Below are positions 12,760 through 26,418 of a stretch of DNA of 64,000 nucleotides, piece after piece. Source of the DNA: Dicyema japonicum (taxonomy: Eukaryota > Animalia > Dicyemida); contig RDEW01000096.1 of assembly GCA_011109175.1 (NCBI GenBank), positions 1 through 64,000 of the forward strand, written 5' to 3'. Under the pieces are notes generated by a model. The model searched no databases, was not told the origin of the DNA, and saw only the letters and a list, made by a program, of their open reading frames with translations. Within the stretch, counting starts at the first letter, position 1. Every line of letters begins with the position of its first letter. The translations under genes were made by a program, and so were the position numbers.

Positions 12760-13110
12760 AGCCTACACAAGTACGTTGCGGACGAGCACTTTCTTTTTGG
12801 CTCTTTCTCGAGCTCGATTATGCTCAGCTCGGCGCAGTCTGCTGGATCGACAGCCGATCTTGCTGAGAAAATCAAGATTAAAAAATTTGGTGAAATTGGA
12901 GATCGCTTTTGTTTTGTACTAGTGACAATCGAATCGTCTGGTGCGGCCGGAAGTATTACAGCCTCTTTCCTGAAGGAAATCGGTGGGAAATTAGCCCATC
13001 GTAAGAAAGACGTGCGAGGTCTGGATGAGGCAACGAATTGGGATTCCAGTTGTTTGCGGAAACGCTTACTCCGTAATGTTTTATTGTTAAACGTGTTTAT
13101 AATTTAAAAA
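12760..13110 (+). mobile_element. 5'-truncated CRE copy (same subfamily as 46.7-48.9 kb)
   Basis: SFSSSIMLSSAQSAGSTADLAEKIKIKKFGEIGDRF..IESSGAAGSITASFLKEIGGKLAHR is nearly identical to the minus-strand copy at 46730-46930. Confidence 0.85.
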
Positions 13111-13720
13111 AAGTTAATGATTTAACAATCAATTTAAATTATTCTCAACTCATTTCATTATGATTTTTAACAATAAATAATAGATTGTTATTCGTGTCAT
13201 TTTTTATTTTTACAAAATTATAATTTAAACATAAAATCATAAATAATACATTCCTTTGTCTTCTAGGGAATTGGATATCTCACTGAGTTCTCCTGGTTAT
13301 TTGAGTGCACTCTTCACCCTCAGAGGAAATAGCCTTTAGGTTGGCTTCTGTATGACCCTCCCAGTGATTGTTTATGAATTAATAAAATTTGCGTTTGGTT
13401 CATTCATTTAAATAAAAAAAGCGCGTCTAGTGGACACAAACTTCGTGCGGTAGGGAATCTCCGCTTTCATCACTGTTCGATGACATATGTTCCTGAAACT
13501 TGTTGATACCAAGGTTTTTGAAGGCAATAGTAAAAATCAAAATTGTTTTATGGAGTATCAGTGCCCTGGATGGTTTGAAGAACAATAACCTTGTCACCGA
13601 GGGGTACCATCTGATTGAGAACATAAATACTTGATATCTAATCTAAATGCCTTTCATGTAACCGAAATAAATTCAAGAATTCAAAAAGTTAACTTAAATT
13701 TAAAATTAAGTCTATACAAA

Positions 13721-14824
13721 CTAAAAATCAGAGTCTTCGCTCTCAACAATGTTATTTGTGCTAATTTTCTCATCGCTGGGGAATACTTGATCAATATACA
13801 CGTCGTCATCAACAGGTTTTTCCTCTACAAATGCATCCACAGACTTATTCATACTTTCCATAATAACTACACTCTTCCGCGGTTTGTCTACAACAGCACC
13901 TTTCGTATTAAATTCACCCACTTCCAACAATTCTGGCAGAGTGTAGGCATTTCGATCCAAATTCTGCTGCTTTAAGGATATCTCCGACAGATTTCGATCC
14001 ATTTCCGAGTTCTCCGTGTTTTTTAGAAGATCCAAGAGAGTGCTTTTCCTCAGGTATGTAGAAGGAGTTAATTCATCCCCTTTTTCATGTTCCTTACTAT
14101 TTCTGATTATTTGTTTATCAGCCGCAATCCTTGGAGAAAGTTTGGAATAATTGCTTATTATTTCTCCAATGAAAATGTCGAAATTTTTTATGAGTGCTTT
14201 ATAGAATGAACTTTTTTCAACCAGACATGATCCTTCAGTCTAAATTTTTTTATAATATTAAAATATTATAAATAATCACTTTTAATTTTTAATTTTAATA
14301 ATATATTTATTTTACCAAAAGTATGTTCTTGTGATCCTCGCCTATTAACGTCGTTACATCACTACTACGCAATGAAGCGTTTAAATCACATTTATTAAGA
14401 ACTCTAAAATTAACATAAAGTTACACTAAGATAGGTTTATCTACAACTTGCACGTGGTTAGCTATTTCTAGAAGTTTAAATATAGATTCTTTTAGCTTTT
14501 CCTTATCATCAGAGTCTATTACATAAATTATTCCATGTGATTCTGCATAGTAATTTTTCCCAAATGCTAATAATCGACTTATTTCCTCCCAAATCGTTAA
14601 TATTTATGAGAGTTTTATTCCTTACAAAGTCCACGTGCTGTATTCCCATAGTAGGTACAGTAGACTCGAATTTAGCTTAGATCAGTGACAAAACTCACCT
14701 CCCTCAAGTCTCTTAGCTAAAGCTGTCTTGCCTGCATTTGAGTTGCCTATGATTGTGAGAGTGATTTCTCTAAAAGTAATAACTAGACTGACTTGTCATA
14801 TTTTTTGCTTGAGCTTAAACCCAT
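13721..14824 (-). CDS. ARL13B: ARL13B-like ciliary small GTPase; five exons (introns 14770-14792, 14676-14698, 14404-14424, 14240-14315); one apparent 1-nt frameshift at 14554-14561
   Basis: Spliced: MGLSSSKK..IIGNSNAGKT..TVPTMG..DLGGNKS (no catalytic Gln, as in ARL13)..NYYAESHGIIYVIDS..KPILVVLNKCD..NYSKLSPRIAAD, followed by a long low-complexity C-terminus. Confidence 0.8.
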
Positions 14825-17166
14825 TACGCCTTAAGGAATGAAATTATTGTTACCACGACAACTAATTATTATTTTGATTTTCCTTTTTTATTTGAGTTTG
14901 TGAATTTAAACACAAGTTAGGAATTATTATTTGATATGGTGGATGCTCTAATAATTGAAAGAGAATTTCCTCTAATAATTTGTTTGGAGACTATCAGCTA
15001 TCACTTTTCTTCAAGAGATCCAGTAAAGAGCAATAAAAATTCAAGAGATACAGTCAAGAGCAATAAAGTTACTGGAAAAATATACAAATAAATTGCCCCC
15101 AGAACACTCGAGTCTATCATAGAGGCAACTGGAGGTAATTTCTGAAGAGGAAAGAAAAAAAGACCCCCGTCAGTATAGAAAATGTATGGGGTCACGGTCG
15201 GAGCATCGAGAAAAGATGGCCCGATTATTGAGAGATGTCGGGATCACCTAAATATTAATTAGTGGTAAAGACGGTTTTTCTTTGGCTTAAATGATAATAA
15301 TCACTTTTCTCGACTGCTTCTTCCACTGGCTATTCAATGTCACGTAAATAAAGCGAGGAAGTTTGCATTAACCCAGAGGTTCGACCAAGATAGGCTTGAA
15401 AAGAAACGTCTGGAAAGTTGCATGGAAAAACTGGTAGAACGGATTGTAGAGAGCTTGGCCCAAGCGGAACCTTAAGTATTCAAATGCTTATGGGTAGCAC
15501 GGAAGTGCTCTTAACTAACTAATATACATTGATATTTCTTGTCTCGCCTCAACCAGGGTGATGCCCTTAATTATGGTATTGAGAATCACGTGCATGTCAT
15601 CTTCAACTCTAAGACGGTTTATATTACTGATTTTCATATATGTGAATGTGAAACTGCACCTTCGAATAAGTTAGTGGAGTGGTATCTTTACTAGTGCAAT
15701 GCAGTTTACAGACAGAAAGATGCTCCATAAATTCACTAAAATTCCATCAATGGTTTCTTTTAAATAATTTGAGGGTCTGCAGTGAAATTCAGAGTCAAAT
15801 CAAAGATTCATCAGTTTTGAGGATTTCTGCCATGGAGGCGACAGAAGTGTTCATTAAAAGTTAGCATAAGTAAGCCATTTTATTTTTGGAGTTACATAGG
15901 CAAGCTTTTTTCAATTATACAAAAAATAACTTCATAGAATGCCGAAAAGTACCTTTATTCTTTGAAAACATTGGAACTGCATTTAGAAGATTACTGTTGA
16001 ATGACATTTACGGACTTTTGTAATTTGGATGGTTTGAGGGAATTGTTACCTACTACAGCATTGCATGCATTGAGTTTTATATAACATTACTGTTACAAGA
16101 TGGATATATTGGAATCCTAATTTAAATTAAAAAACAGTTTTATGAGGACCCCGTTGAGAAACGCCGCTCATGCTTTTATTCAACAGGGTGAGCGACTCTA
16201 ATCTGCAATCATATATATTTTACAATAATAGACCATTTTACAAACTAGTCTTAGCTTTAGTTAGAATAACTATGATCATCAATGCTCTCAAATGAACTGC
16301 GTTATGTGCTATCGCTTGAGTCCACGATTAGTTTTACTCAGTTGCTTACTTGATCGCAGGATTCCTTTGGGTTTTTGTCGTTTTCAAAAAGGCGTCATTG
16401 GATCCACCCAACTTAGAAGGTTCAAAACACGTGTTGGAATTTACATTTCAACATTAGGCAGATATAGATTTATGAACAAAGACAAATACATGACGAGAAA
16501 TCTTTATATCTTTAAATACTACCGATTTTCTTTTATCAAGAAAACGAGGGACAAGTGTAATTATTCGCGGAGAACACAGTCACCGTAATATCTCCATTTA
16601 GGGATTCATATATGACTATGCTCCGCAGTTCAATTTACTCCTCATTTTTGGAGAATATAGGTTTTACAGCAAGTCACTTCATTATTAAACGTGTCTGAGG
16701 CGTATTTCTCTATTATTGCAGGATAGATGACTCTTGAATTGCCTGAGCACTAAACAGGCAATATCACATTATATCGACCTCCTTTCCTTTGAGTTCCCAA
16801 ATTTCCAGGTCATCATCATTGGGGAATTTTATAGCTTGGATGAGGATGAGGTATCCGGAATCCATCACTGTTATTTTTTAGCCATTATCAAGCAAACCGT
16901 AAAATGGTTGTTGTGTGAGGTAGGCTCTGTTGACTAAAAATGTAGCCAGTTTTACTATGAGATCACTTATCTTGTTGATATGTTTGTTGTCAGTACTGAT
17001 TATAAGTAATTTAAAATATCAGAAAATAATAATTTTGATATAAATGGCATTATAGTATTAATTATTTGATTCAAAAACAAAAGATCAACTCAAACATTAA
17101 TCAACTTCATTCGGGGTGGATTTTCAAATAGGTAGAGGCATTTCTATGAAAATTTTTGCTGGCTTT

Positions 17167-17333
17167 TGGTTGGGTTGGATTCTTTTTCCAAATTTTGCTG
17201 GACAAGACCACTAAAGAGTAAATCGGCTACGGAGGTGTCAAGTGCAATAAAGAGCATAATTTTAATGTTTGAAAAACCAATCATTTTGCACACGGACAAT
17301 GGCAAGGAATTCGTAAATGAAAAAATTTTATAA
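17167..17333 (+). mobile_element. Integrase core fragment (Ginger/GIN/KRBA2-like)
   Basis: DSFSKFCWTRPLKSKSATEV..PIILHTDNGKEF (rve motifs). Confidence 0.75.
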
Positions 17334-19554
17334 TATCATTAGAGTTAAGAGTTCATAAGCTTTCAGCTTTGCATGTGAGTTAGGAAAACTAAGGGATATA
17401 TATTAGAGTTATACAACGAACAGAACGTAAGAAAACTAACAATTTGACGAGACACAGTTGAAACATACAATTTGAATTGAAATAGCAAAAATCACCAATG
17501 TAACTAAGAGAAAAAGTATCCATTAAGTCAGGAGTGAAATATATATTATCAAAAATTAAAATGATGTAAATTATATTTTGTTAATGTTGTGGATAATTTG
17601 ACTAGTTTAAAGCAAACTTTGATATAAAACTTCATTTTTTCAAAAATTTAAGATCAATCATTAATAAGGTTGCCATTTTGTTTATTGGCTTTTTAAGTCG
17701 GTACATTGAATATCGATTTTTAACGACTCGTATTCTACCGTATCTCATTCTGAACCGGTCACAATTAATATCCACAAATTGTTCGTTATCGAGAAAGATA
17801 CTATCCAGGAAAATCTTTTTCAGGGTATCGTAGGTTTTGGAGTAGCATCTGTTCACTTTTATGTGTAACAAATGTCATATGGCATAAGAACCCAGGGCGT
17901 TGATATTGTCCGAATTGATAAGACAAATTTATCACCTGAAAACATCAACAACACTAAGTTTTATCTCAAGAGAAACAAAATAGAGAGAAGATAAATCTCC
18001 AAGGAAAATAGAAAAATAAATACCGTAGTAAAGTAGAGATTTTAAATCCCCGAAGAAAAGAACCGAGATATAAGTTTACTTTATAGCAAATTCGGTAGGT
18101 AGGTAAGTTATTATAAAGAAAAAAACACTGTAAATTATGTTATGGAGGAAGTAATATGAAACAGTAGGGCATGCCAACCGATTTCTACCCCGACAGTCTC
18201 CCAAAAAAATCCGTAAACACAGGGTCATCTCTGAAGATATGTGCCAGATACTTTAGTGCGATTTTTGAAACCTCGAATAAGATTTTCGATAGTTTTGCCA
18301 ACCTTGCACATTTTCTTTCCAATCATAGGGGAATTAACATTCGAGGACTTATCCTGTAAGCAAGCTTTAGAGCAAAATTTCGCGTTTTTTCAAATTTCTT
18401 GAGGATAGAGTCAATCTTTTTCGAATCGTATTATCCTTCTAAACCGTATAGCATTACAGATAGCATCGCAGTGTCGAAGACATAAACAAGGTCTCCGGCT
18501 CAAGCTTTAATTTTTAACGCAGTAAAGAGCGTTCGTATTTTTTTTCTTTCGTATTTTAGCATGTTTTCATATTTTAGATTAAAAAAACAACTAGAGAGTC
18601 ATTCGAACTCTCAAGATCCAACTTGGAAGTCTCCAGATTACAAAACTTCCCAAAATGTTCCAAATATATAGCAATGCTTGTTCGGTAATGGTCCCAGTTT
18701 ATACTTGTCAGATCATAGCGTACTAGAGCAGGCTTGATCTCTAAAGGAGCAAGGTTGAGTTTATAAAGAATTGGTAGATGATCACTACCAATATCACCAA
18801 ACGTAATCCAAAAATTGAAGAACAGATTCCGATATTAACGCCATTCCCAAATAATTCCAGCCACTTGGAGAATAGTGATTCGGGGTCGAGGACATCACAA
18901 CAGATAACCCGGAAGACACAGATATATCATTTAAAACAAGGCCGTCTCTATTTGTCTTCAGACAACGAAGATAATTTTTTTAGGATACGAAGATAATTTT
19001 TAGATTACATTCCTCCAATTTTCATCCACATATTTTTCACTCGTTTTTCCAGGGAAACAAACTCACACAATTCTTGGGATGTGATATTCAAGTTACGAAC
19101 CCTTAGATTTAGTCTGTAGAACAAAGACGTACCTTTTTCTGCAACCAGACTTCCATTTAATATCAAGAGAACAATATCTCTCAAGTTGATAATTATCCTC
19201 ACTCTTTAACTTTGTTTCATTAACAATTAATATATCAACGGGATCGGTGGATAGCATATGCACAATCTCAGAACGCCTTCTCTTTAAGGATCAGGCGTTC
19301 ACCACAATGATAATAAGAACAGTCTTCATACTTGTAGATCCTCTGCTTTTCCAAAAAGAACGTCAACAGGTTCCTGACGTCAAATCTTTTTTTGGCACAA
19401 ATATAAACCAGTTCGTCAACAGCATTTATCAATTCCAAGTCTGCAATTGGGCCTTCCACCAGATTTGGAGTACCGACAGTATTCCCTTTGCTCATGGTAA
19501 CAATGTTTGTATTCTCAGAGGTTTGGTTAGTATCTACGTTTGATATTTCCGGGT

Positions 19555-20150
19555 TTATTTGGGTCGAAAAATCACATTTAACCCACTTAACGGGTCGAAA
19601 CACCTTCTTAGCCATGTCTTTTGTTCTTTCTTCGAAGGCAGTCTTTGCTGAAGAACAATTACTATAACAAGCAAAATGACCAACTTTCCCGCAGTTAATG
19701 CATTTCCTTTCACTGTCTTATCCAAACAAGAGTTCAAATTGTGTTCTCTACCACAAATTAAGCATCTTTCTTTTTCCTTGCAGAAATTCGCAATGTGCCC
19801 AAATTTTTGGCACCAGTAGCACCTAGTTACCGGTTTTCTGTACCATTCAAAACGAACTCTCTGGAACCCAAACACCATCCCCAGTCTCACAAGTGACGTG
19901 GTTTCCACTCTAGACTTCAAAGTAAATTTTCCAACAGGAAGACTGCGCTGTCATTCATGAAACGTTAAATAGAGAAACCAAAAATAAAGATTCAAGTCAT
20001 CATCTGAGACCCAAGAAGGGATTCCCTTCACAACAACAGTGGAAGGATATAGGAAAAAGTAGTAAAAACGTGTCCATCAATACCAAATGGGACTCTCAAG
20101 CCAAAATCATCGACACAAGCCTCCATATCCTCTTTTGAGAAAAAATCAAG
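19555..20150 (-). mobile_element. LINE ORF1 (gag-like) with CCHC zinc knuckles, degenerate
   Basis: RCYWCQKFGHIANFC..RCLICGREH; upstream VVVKGIPSWVSDDDL. Confidence 0.8.
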
Positions 20151-20199
20151 CTTAAATATGCCTGATTTCCTTAATGTAATTCGAGCCTTACTAATAGTT

Positions 20200-21110
20200 T
20201 CTTTGTAAAGAGTTGGAGTTGATACACCACGCAGAGTTCAAGATTATCCCGATTGTACTCTATTGGGATGGTCTAGTGACTTCACATTCGTGAAGTATGC
20301 CAGATCTTTGAATATAAGTGAAAGAACGTATGCGAATCTTCAATCGCTGATAATCAAGAAGACTTTGGAGAGTATGATTGTGTCATATATGGGTCTTATC
20401 CACCACTAGACTTTCCGGAGGAATTAATTTTGATGCAAAAGGAGTTCTATTCCGTAGTCGGAAATTTCAGCTTGAATAATCTGTAAGAGACTTCATTGAA
20501 TTGATGAGTGAGTTCCCTATATCAGCAGTTGTGACAGAAGTAAGGTCTTCAATATGACTCGAACTGTTGCTTCCTGGGAATGATGAAATAGCAGATTGTA
20601 TATCACCTGTGGCAGTTGACAAATGTGGAATGCCTTTCCAAATTTTCGTATCGTGTTGACCCATGTGGGAGGGTGGATGTTTTTAGATGATCTGCTCGAG
20701 GGTTTCTTAAGTTTGTTGAACCTTGTCGTCTCTTGCGAGCACACGCATGATTCCCGAATCTTATTTACTTCTTGTATATAGATATCGTTTGTCTTTAATG
20801 ATCCTGGATGATAAGGGTGAATAATAAGAAATCGAAAAACTTTCCAGTGCACTTACCAAGTTAACACTTTTGTATTACAGGCATTTTTTCTTGATTTGAG
20901 GTTCCCTTCTATTAGTTCGGTTGGATGTGATCCGAGGAATGAGGTGCCAAACATAGAAGGCGGTGCCAGTCATCTTGAGTATTGTCATCGACTGTCCAGA
21001 TGATTAGCTTTGAAAGACAGGAGGCAGATGTCAGACGCGCCGACCTTGGAATCCGAGTGGGATAACCCTCACCCATACAAACTGATTCAAGCAGCGTAGG
21101 CATTCATCCG
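20200..21110 (-). mobile_element. Degenerate R4-like LINE fragment
   Basis: Fragmentary frames including a ..PTLYK-like RT N-terminal motif; weak resemblance to the 38.4-39.9 kb element. Confidence 0.4.
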
Positions 21111-21369
21111 TGTTAGATAGGCCCAGGACAGATCCAGAGGAGGCTCTTTTCGCCTGCTGTGTTTCCCAAGATATTAATGAGCATGAACAATTTGGCAGAA
21201 ATTGTGCTGCCTTTCTTGTTAGCTTTTAGCATTCAAGGTGTCCAAATTTGGGCAACGGGAGTATTGAATACCTACTTTCCTCTTGTTTGCTTTGCCAAAG
21301 ATTAGGGAGAAGTATGGTTTATTATGTCGCGAGCGCTACTTGCAACTATGTGCTACCTGCAATATGATA

Positions 21370-23830
21370 ATTTTGAGCCTTTTTGTGGAATCAGGTGTTC
21401 CTCATTCTGGAGAGGGCAGTTTGTGCTAAGGTTTTCCTTCTTGTAATGTCTTCATGGTCTCCTAGAAGGGAGCCAAGCTTTTTGCACTTGCGCCAGTACT
21501 CCTCCGTCCTTGTTTCTTCCTCTTGAGTTCAGTTATCAGTCTTGTCCGGATTTAGTGTTAGGAATTATCCGGCTAGTCTTCCAGGCATTTCTTCCATCAA
21601 GCGGGTGAGCGGTATTTTGTCGTTTGAAATAAATTCTACGTCGTCAGCATACGCAATAATGTTTGTCTTTTCACCCATTATCGGTTTTGATTCCCGTAAA
21701 GCATCGTCAATGTATATGACTAAAAGTATAGGTGATAATGGGTCTCCCTGTAGACTGCCAACAGTTGTCTCAAATCGGCGAGACAAGGCTCCCCCGACTC
21801 TTACAGTGAGCCAAGTATCAGCTAGGAGGGTGGTGGCCATTCTGACAATGGAAGCGTCTAGGAAACTTTCCAAAACCAGTATTAGCCTCTTTCTGTCAAC
21901 AGAGTCGAAGGCCCTCGAAATGTCGATTCCGAGATGGTTGTAGACATTTTTAACTTTTGAACGGCCGCAGATCTCCACTTGTGGGACCATAAAACATCGG
22001 AAGTAGATCTTCCTTTTCGGAATCCGCTGTGGTATAGCGACAGAAAAGTATCTAGGCGTCCTTCCATCCTTTGTAATGTTATGTTAGCCAGAATTCTCCC
22101 AAGTGAATTCATTAATATGACCGGACAGAGGTTCTCCATTTTAGCTCTTGGTTTATTCGCCTTCTGTACAGGTATCAAGATACCCTCTCCCAGGGTCAGC
22201 GTGTGACCATAATAGTACATATTATTCAGGATCCTAGCGATGCATTCATACAGCTTTTGGGTTCCATATTTGAAGAATTCACCACCAAGTCCGTCGGGCC
22301 AGGAGTCCTGTTGTTTTTCAACTTGGAACTCGCAAGTTCAACTTCATATGGTGTGATTTCTTCGTTCAAGGATGATAGTGTCGTTCTGGGATTGAAAAGT
22401 TTTCCAAAGTGGGCAGCGATAATTTCCGCCACTTCCCTTTGGTCCACAATCTGCGTTCCTTTGTCATCTCTTATTATTATCGGTTGATGGGGTCTCTTTC
22501 CTTTTATCTGTTTAACAGCCTCGTAAACTAGCGTTGTCCTTGAGAGATTCTATCTTCATCTGGTCCAGTGCTCTATTTCTGTCATGCTGGCGTATAGTTT
22601 TTCTTATTTTTGCTTTGATAGTTTTTTTCTAGCCGCAATTTTGATTTTACGTTCGAATCGTCAGTATTTTGATATAGCATCCAAATGGTCTTCTGTTTAT
22701 TGGCAAGGTCCTTCACCGTGTAACTGTCATTGTGCGATGGGATTTTCTCATTTTCTTTCAATGCAGATTGGCTCCTTTATGTATTGACTGCTTTACAAAA
22801 TCCCAGGATTTTCCGGGCGGCAAATCTGTAGGCATGTTTTCTAGTTCTGCATCCAGATATTCTTTGAATGCTAGGGCCCCTTCTGATTGACTGATTAAGG
22901 ATTCCAAATTATAACGTCTATAGTTGGGTTCTGTGGTTTCAATGTGCTTCCATTTCGTTCTTTGTAGTACCATAAATCTCTTTAGAGAAAGTCTAGCAAT
23001 AACCATTTTGTGGTCGCTGTCATAATCGATCCACCATAAGCTCGTGCATCAAGTATAATTCTCTCGATCTTTTTGCCTGCATATTATATAGTCGATCTGG
23101 TTGTACATATTTATCACTCGCCCTTCGGGATTTGTTCTATATCCCGACCACGTAGATTTATGTCTGGCTGGATGCATGAAGGCTGTATTGCATAAAAATA
23201 GGTTATTTGTTTGACAGAAGTTAGCTAGTAAAGTTCCCGGGAGATTTCTTTTCCCCTACCATGCCTTTCCATAAATATCTAATCGGTTGTAACCTGGGTG
23301 CCAGCTTTCCCATTTAGGTCTTCTGCGATCTTTACTAATGTTGAGAGAGCATACTTGGAGAAGACGGCAGAAACTGGTGTAAAAGTCATCAATCTCCTCA
23401 GGGTTTTTATTAAGCCATCCACTGTGAGGGGCGTACACGTCTATTATAGTTAGATATTTCTTTGACGGGTTGAGGTCATCCAATTTCAATTGCAACACCC
23501 CGATTCTATCATTCACACTGTAATATCGGCAGACTCTCTTGGATAGATTCCTGACGGCAAATCCTAGCCCATAGTGCTTGTTTCCACCTGGAAGGAAGAT
23601 TAGGCGAAAGTTCCCATGTTGTTCTTCGATCCCGTTGATTAGTTTGGTCTTCTGAAGGCAGGCGATTGAAATCTTGTATTTTGAAAGATCCTCGACCAGT
23701 TCTTTCCGTTTCCAAACGCTAGAGAGTCCCCTGACGTTAAACGTGAGAAGGGAGAAGTCAAATGGCTTGATACTGTGTTTTCCAGACATTGAGTTCAAGA
23801 GCCACGTCACCAGCTCAACCAAAAAAAGCC
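21370..23830 (-). mobile_element. RTE-like LINE (APE + RT), disrupted
   Basis: TFNVRGL, IACLQKTK, KHYGLGFAV, DVYAPHS; SGFRKGRSTSD, DISRAFD, LQGDPLSP, YADD. Confidence 0.9.
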
Positions 23831-24689
23831 ACGAGTGAAAGGCAAACTGGTCGCTGTAAAAAGAGCATAACTCGCCACAATTAAAATGATATTAAGCAAG
23901 CCATTAATATGAAGAATACGTGACATTTCCATATTTAATCAAATATTTTGCGACGAGTTGATGCCTAGCCGTCTCGTCCATCTAATCGCATTTTCTGCCT
24001 TTATGTTCATGTCGATTTCTCTGTTCAGTTCTCATATTTTTCTGATAATCTCTTCTGTTAGCGATTTTACCATCTTTAAATTATTTTGTTCTCTGATCAA
24101 ATGTTCCGTCGTTGTGTTGAAAAAGAGGATAAAATTTATCGTCTAATTAAATGATCCCGGTGTCCATAGCAGTACTTTTCCTGCGGTTAGTTTTGGAATC
24201 CTGGATTAATCTCCATAACGGGGAAGGTTTCTTCTCATATCTCGGGCAGTCTGATGTGCGGTCCAAGGAGATAATCAGAAAACTTTGCCATCTGAGGAAG
24301 TCCCGGTGACGTTCCGTAAGGTATTCAATGATTTAGTGGACGTTTAGTGTTCTCCGTAGTAACGAGGTGGACGTCTTTTTCGACGATCTCAATAGAATCC
24401 TGAGACATAGATTTTGTAAACTTCCAGTTTGCTCTGTGCCGATATTTTGTTCGAAAGCCTCTCAATTTATCTTTAAGTCTCTCTGCTCAGGTAGCTTAAC
24501 TTTCAGATGCTCCATATCTCTGACGATTCTGTTAGTTGTGGAATCATCTTAATCAATACAAGAAGGATATGCAGAGCATGTTAAAACCGTTTGTGAGGGT
24601 ATTCCCAGTACACCTATGCGAACTGGTTGCTTGGTCCCACCCTTGGTCGTAAAATTAAAATTCGTAAGCCGTTCGATTGTGATCCGGAA

Positions 24690-24920
24690 GAGAGAATCGG
24701 TCGTATTGAGCAGTTATATTTTATTAATCCCATGCTTACAATCTTTGGTGATTCCAGCTCAGACAGTCACAACTAATTAATCCAAGGGAGAAACACAAGG
24801 GAGAACGTCTGTTTCTGCTTACCAAATCCATTCTCCAATAGTCCATTACAGACTTTTGTCTCAGAAGAGAGGTGAAACATTTAGTCAGCCCTTTTCCATT
24901 TTCATCACATGTAGTACCAC
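24690..24920 (-). repeat. Dispersed repeat family, copy 2
   Basis: Reverse complement aligns by eye to 1021-1280 (cagtc.caactaattaatcc.agg...accaaatccat). Confidence 0.7.
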
Positions 24921-25648
24921 ATTATTAGGTTTAAGAAATTTGTGTTTCTTAGTATTCTTAGGTGTAAGAAATTCCATAATAGCAATCTAAAAATTAGTTT
25001 TAACTTATAAGTAATTAAAATAATTAGTGATGAGATAATATGGTTAGAAGACTATTTGGTTGTTAGTCTCTAATATTTTACTATGAGAAGTTTGAATCCA
25101 GTCAGACACACAACTTAGAGAAACCTGACGATAGGTTTATGATGGTTAATTTATTTTAAAATAGAATAATCAGTTAATTTATCCCCAGTAAAGCATATTT
25201 AAAACTGCCATCCATCCAAAGTGGATGGTTAATTATTATGTTTTTTCAGTGTATAAGTTAAATAGCACCTAGCTTCCACATTGCCATCAAGGATATCTTT
25301 TTTAAAATTAGAAATCTATTCGATATATTTGGTTTATTAATATATATTGGGAAATTGAATTTTTATTGTGATTCGTAATAACTTGCTAAAATTCGTTCAT
25401 GAATTGTGCATTCTATAGCAATTAAGCAAATTTGTCAAGTTCACTGCATTTTTCTAGGAGCAACGTTGTAAAATACAGATTTAAATATTAGAGTGCTCCT
25501 TTTTTGACACATTTTACTTTTCCACCTATTTCAAACAATAAATATGGATACTCAAATAAGCACTCAGTAAGCTAAATTTATTATTTTCCTAGGACAAAGT
25601 CAAGTACTTATCAACACACATAAAGACGATAAAAATTAAATTTCCCTC

Positions 25649-26285
25649 CTAAATATCAAATCTTGTGGACAAAATATAATCAATAATACAATCTGTCGGT
25701 TCAGTGGGAATATCCTCAAAAATTTGTTCATTAAAGGCTAAAGAAAAAGTCCTCGGCCTAATTACGCCTTTCCATGAATTCAAATACCTATCATAATATC
25801 CTCGACCTCTCCCCATTCGCTTACCGCACATAGTAAAGGCAACTCCGGGTACTACAAGGACATCCAAACCTTCTAGTATAAAGCTCACTCAAACCGGAGT
25901 CTTCAGCCTCGACTTTGTTCTCGACTTGTTCATGCTGAAAAAATTTCATTGAACTTTTTCTTAGTGAAGCAAAGTCACTCACTCCATCCAATCTGAGCAT
26001 CCTCATGGGCCCAATTTCTGGGCAATAAGGAATGAAGCAGCTCTTGTTATCTCTGAAGGCTGAAGTGATGATTTTATTGGTTGAGACTTCGCTTGGGATG
26101 CTCACGTAGAAACCAATATTCTTGGAGTCCTTGTATAGTTGGGTTTGTAAGAACTAAATTGGATACAGATTTCGGCTTACTTTCTCTTGGACTATATCTG
26201 ACTGACGTTGTCGTTCGCCCTTGCTTAGTTTTGCTATGATGTTTAGAGCTTCACGTCTAAAATCAGTTTTAGATAGAGACTGCAT
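25649..26285 (-). CDS. MTHFS: 5-formyltetrahydrofolate cyclo-ligase; three exons (introns 26154-26180, 27 nt; 25873-25894, 22 nt)
   Basis: MQSLSKTDFRREAL..ERQRQS..SKNIGFYVSIPSEVST..CFIP..GLDVLVVPGVAFTMCGKRMGRGRGYYDRYL..LAFNEQI..IPTEPTDCIID. Confidence 0.95.
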
Positions 26286-26418
26286 AACATAACCGCAAAT
26301 AAACTTAAAATTTTATTTATTTTTTAATATGGTTGGCTTAATTATATTAAAAAGAATTATTACTAATATTATAAAATAAGGCTAAGGAACGATTGACTTA
26401 TTTAAATCAAAATGAAGT

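Noticed and set aside
15001-15195. IFYTDGG as the start of an RNase H domain
   Set aside because: No further RNase H residues; the rest of the frame is low-complexity and includes a short duplication.
15450-16940. Possible plus-strand multi-exon gene
   Set aside because: Short open frames and GT-AG candidates exist, but I could not build a consistent spliced ORF or recognise a domain.
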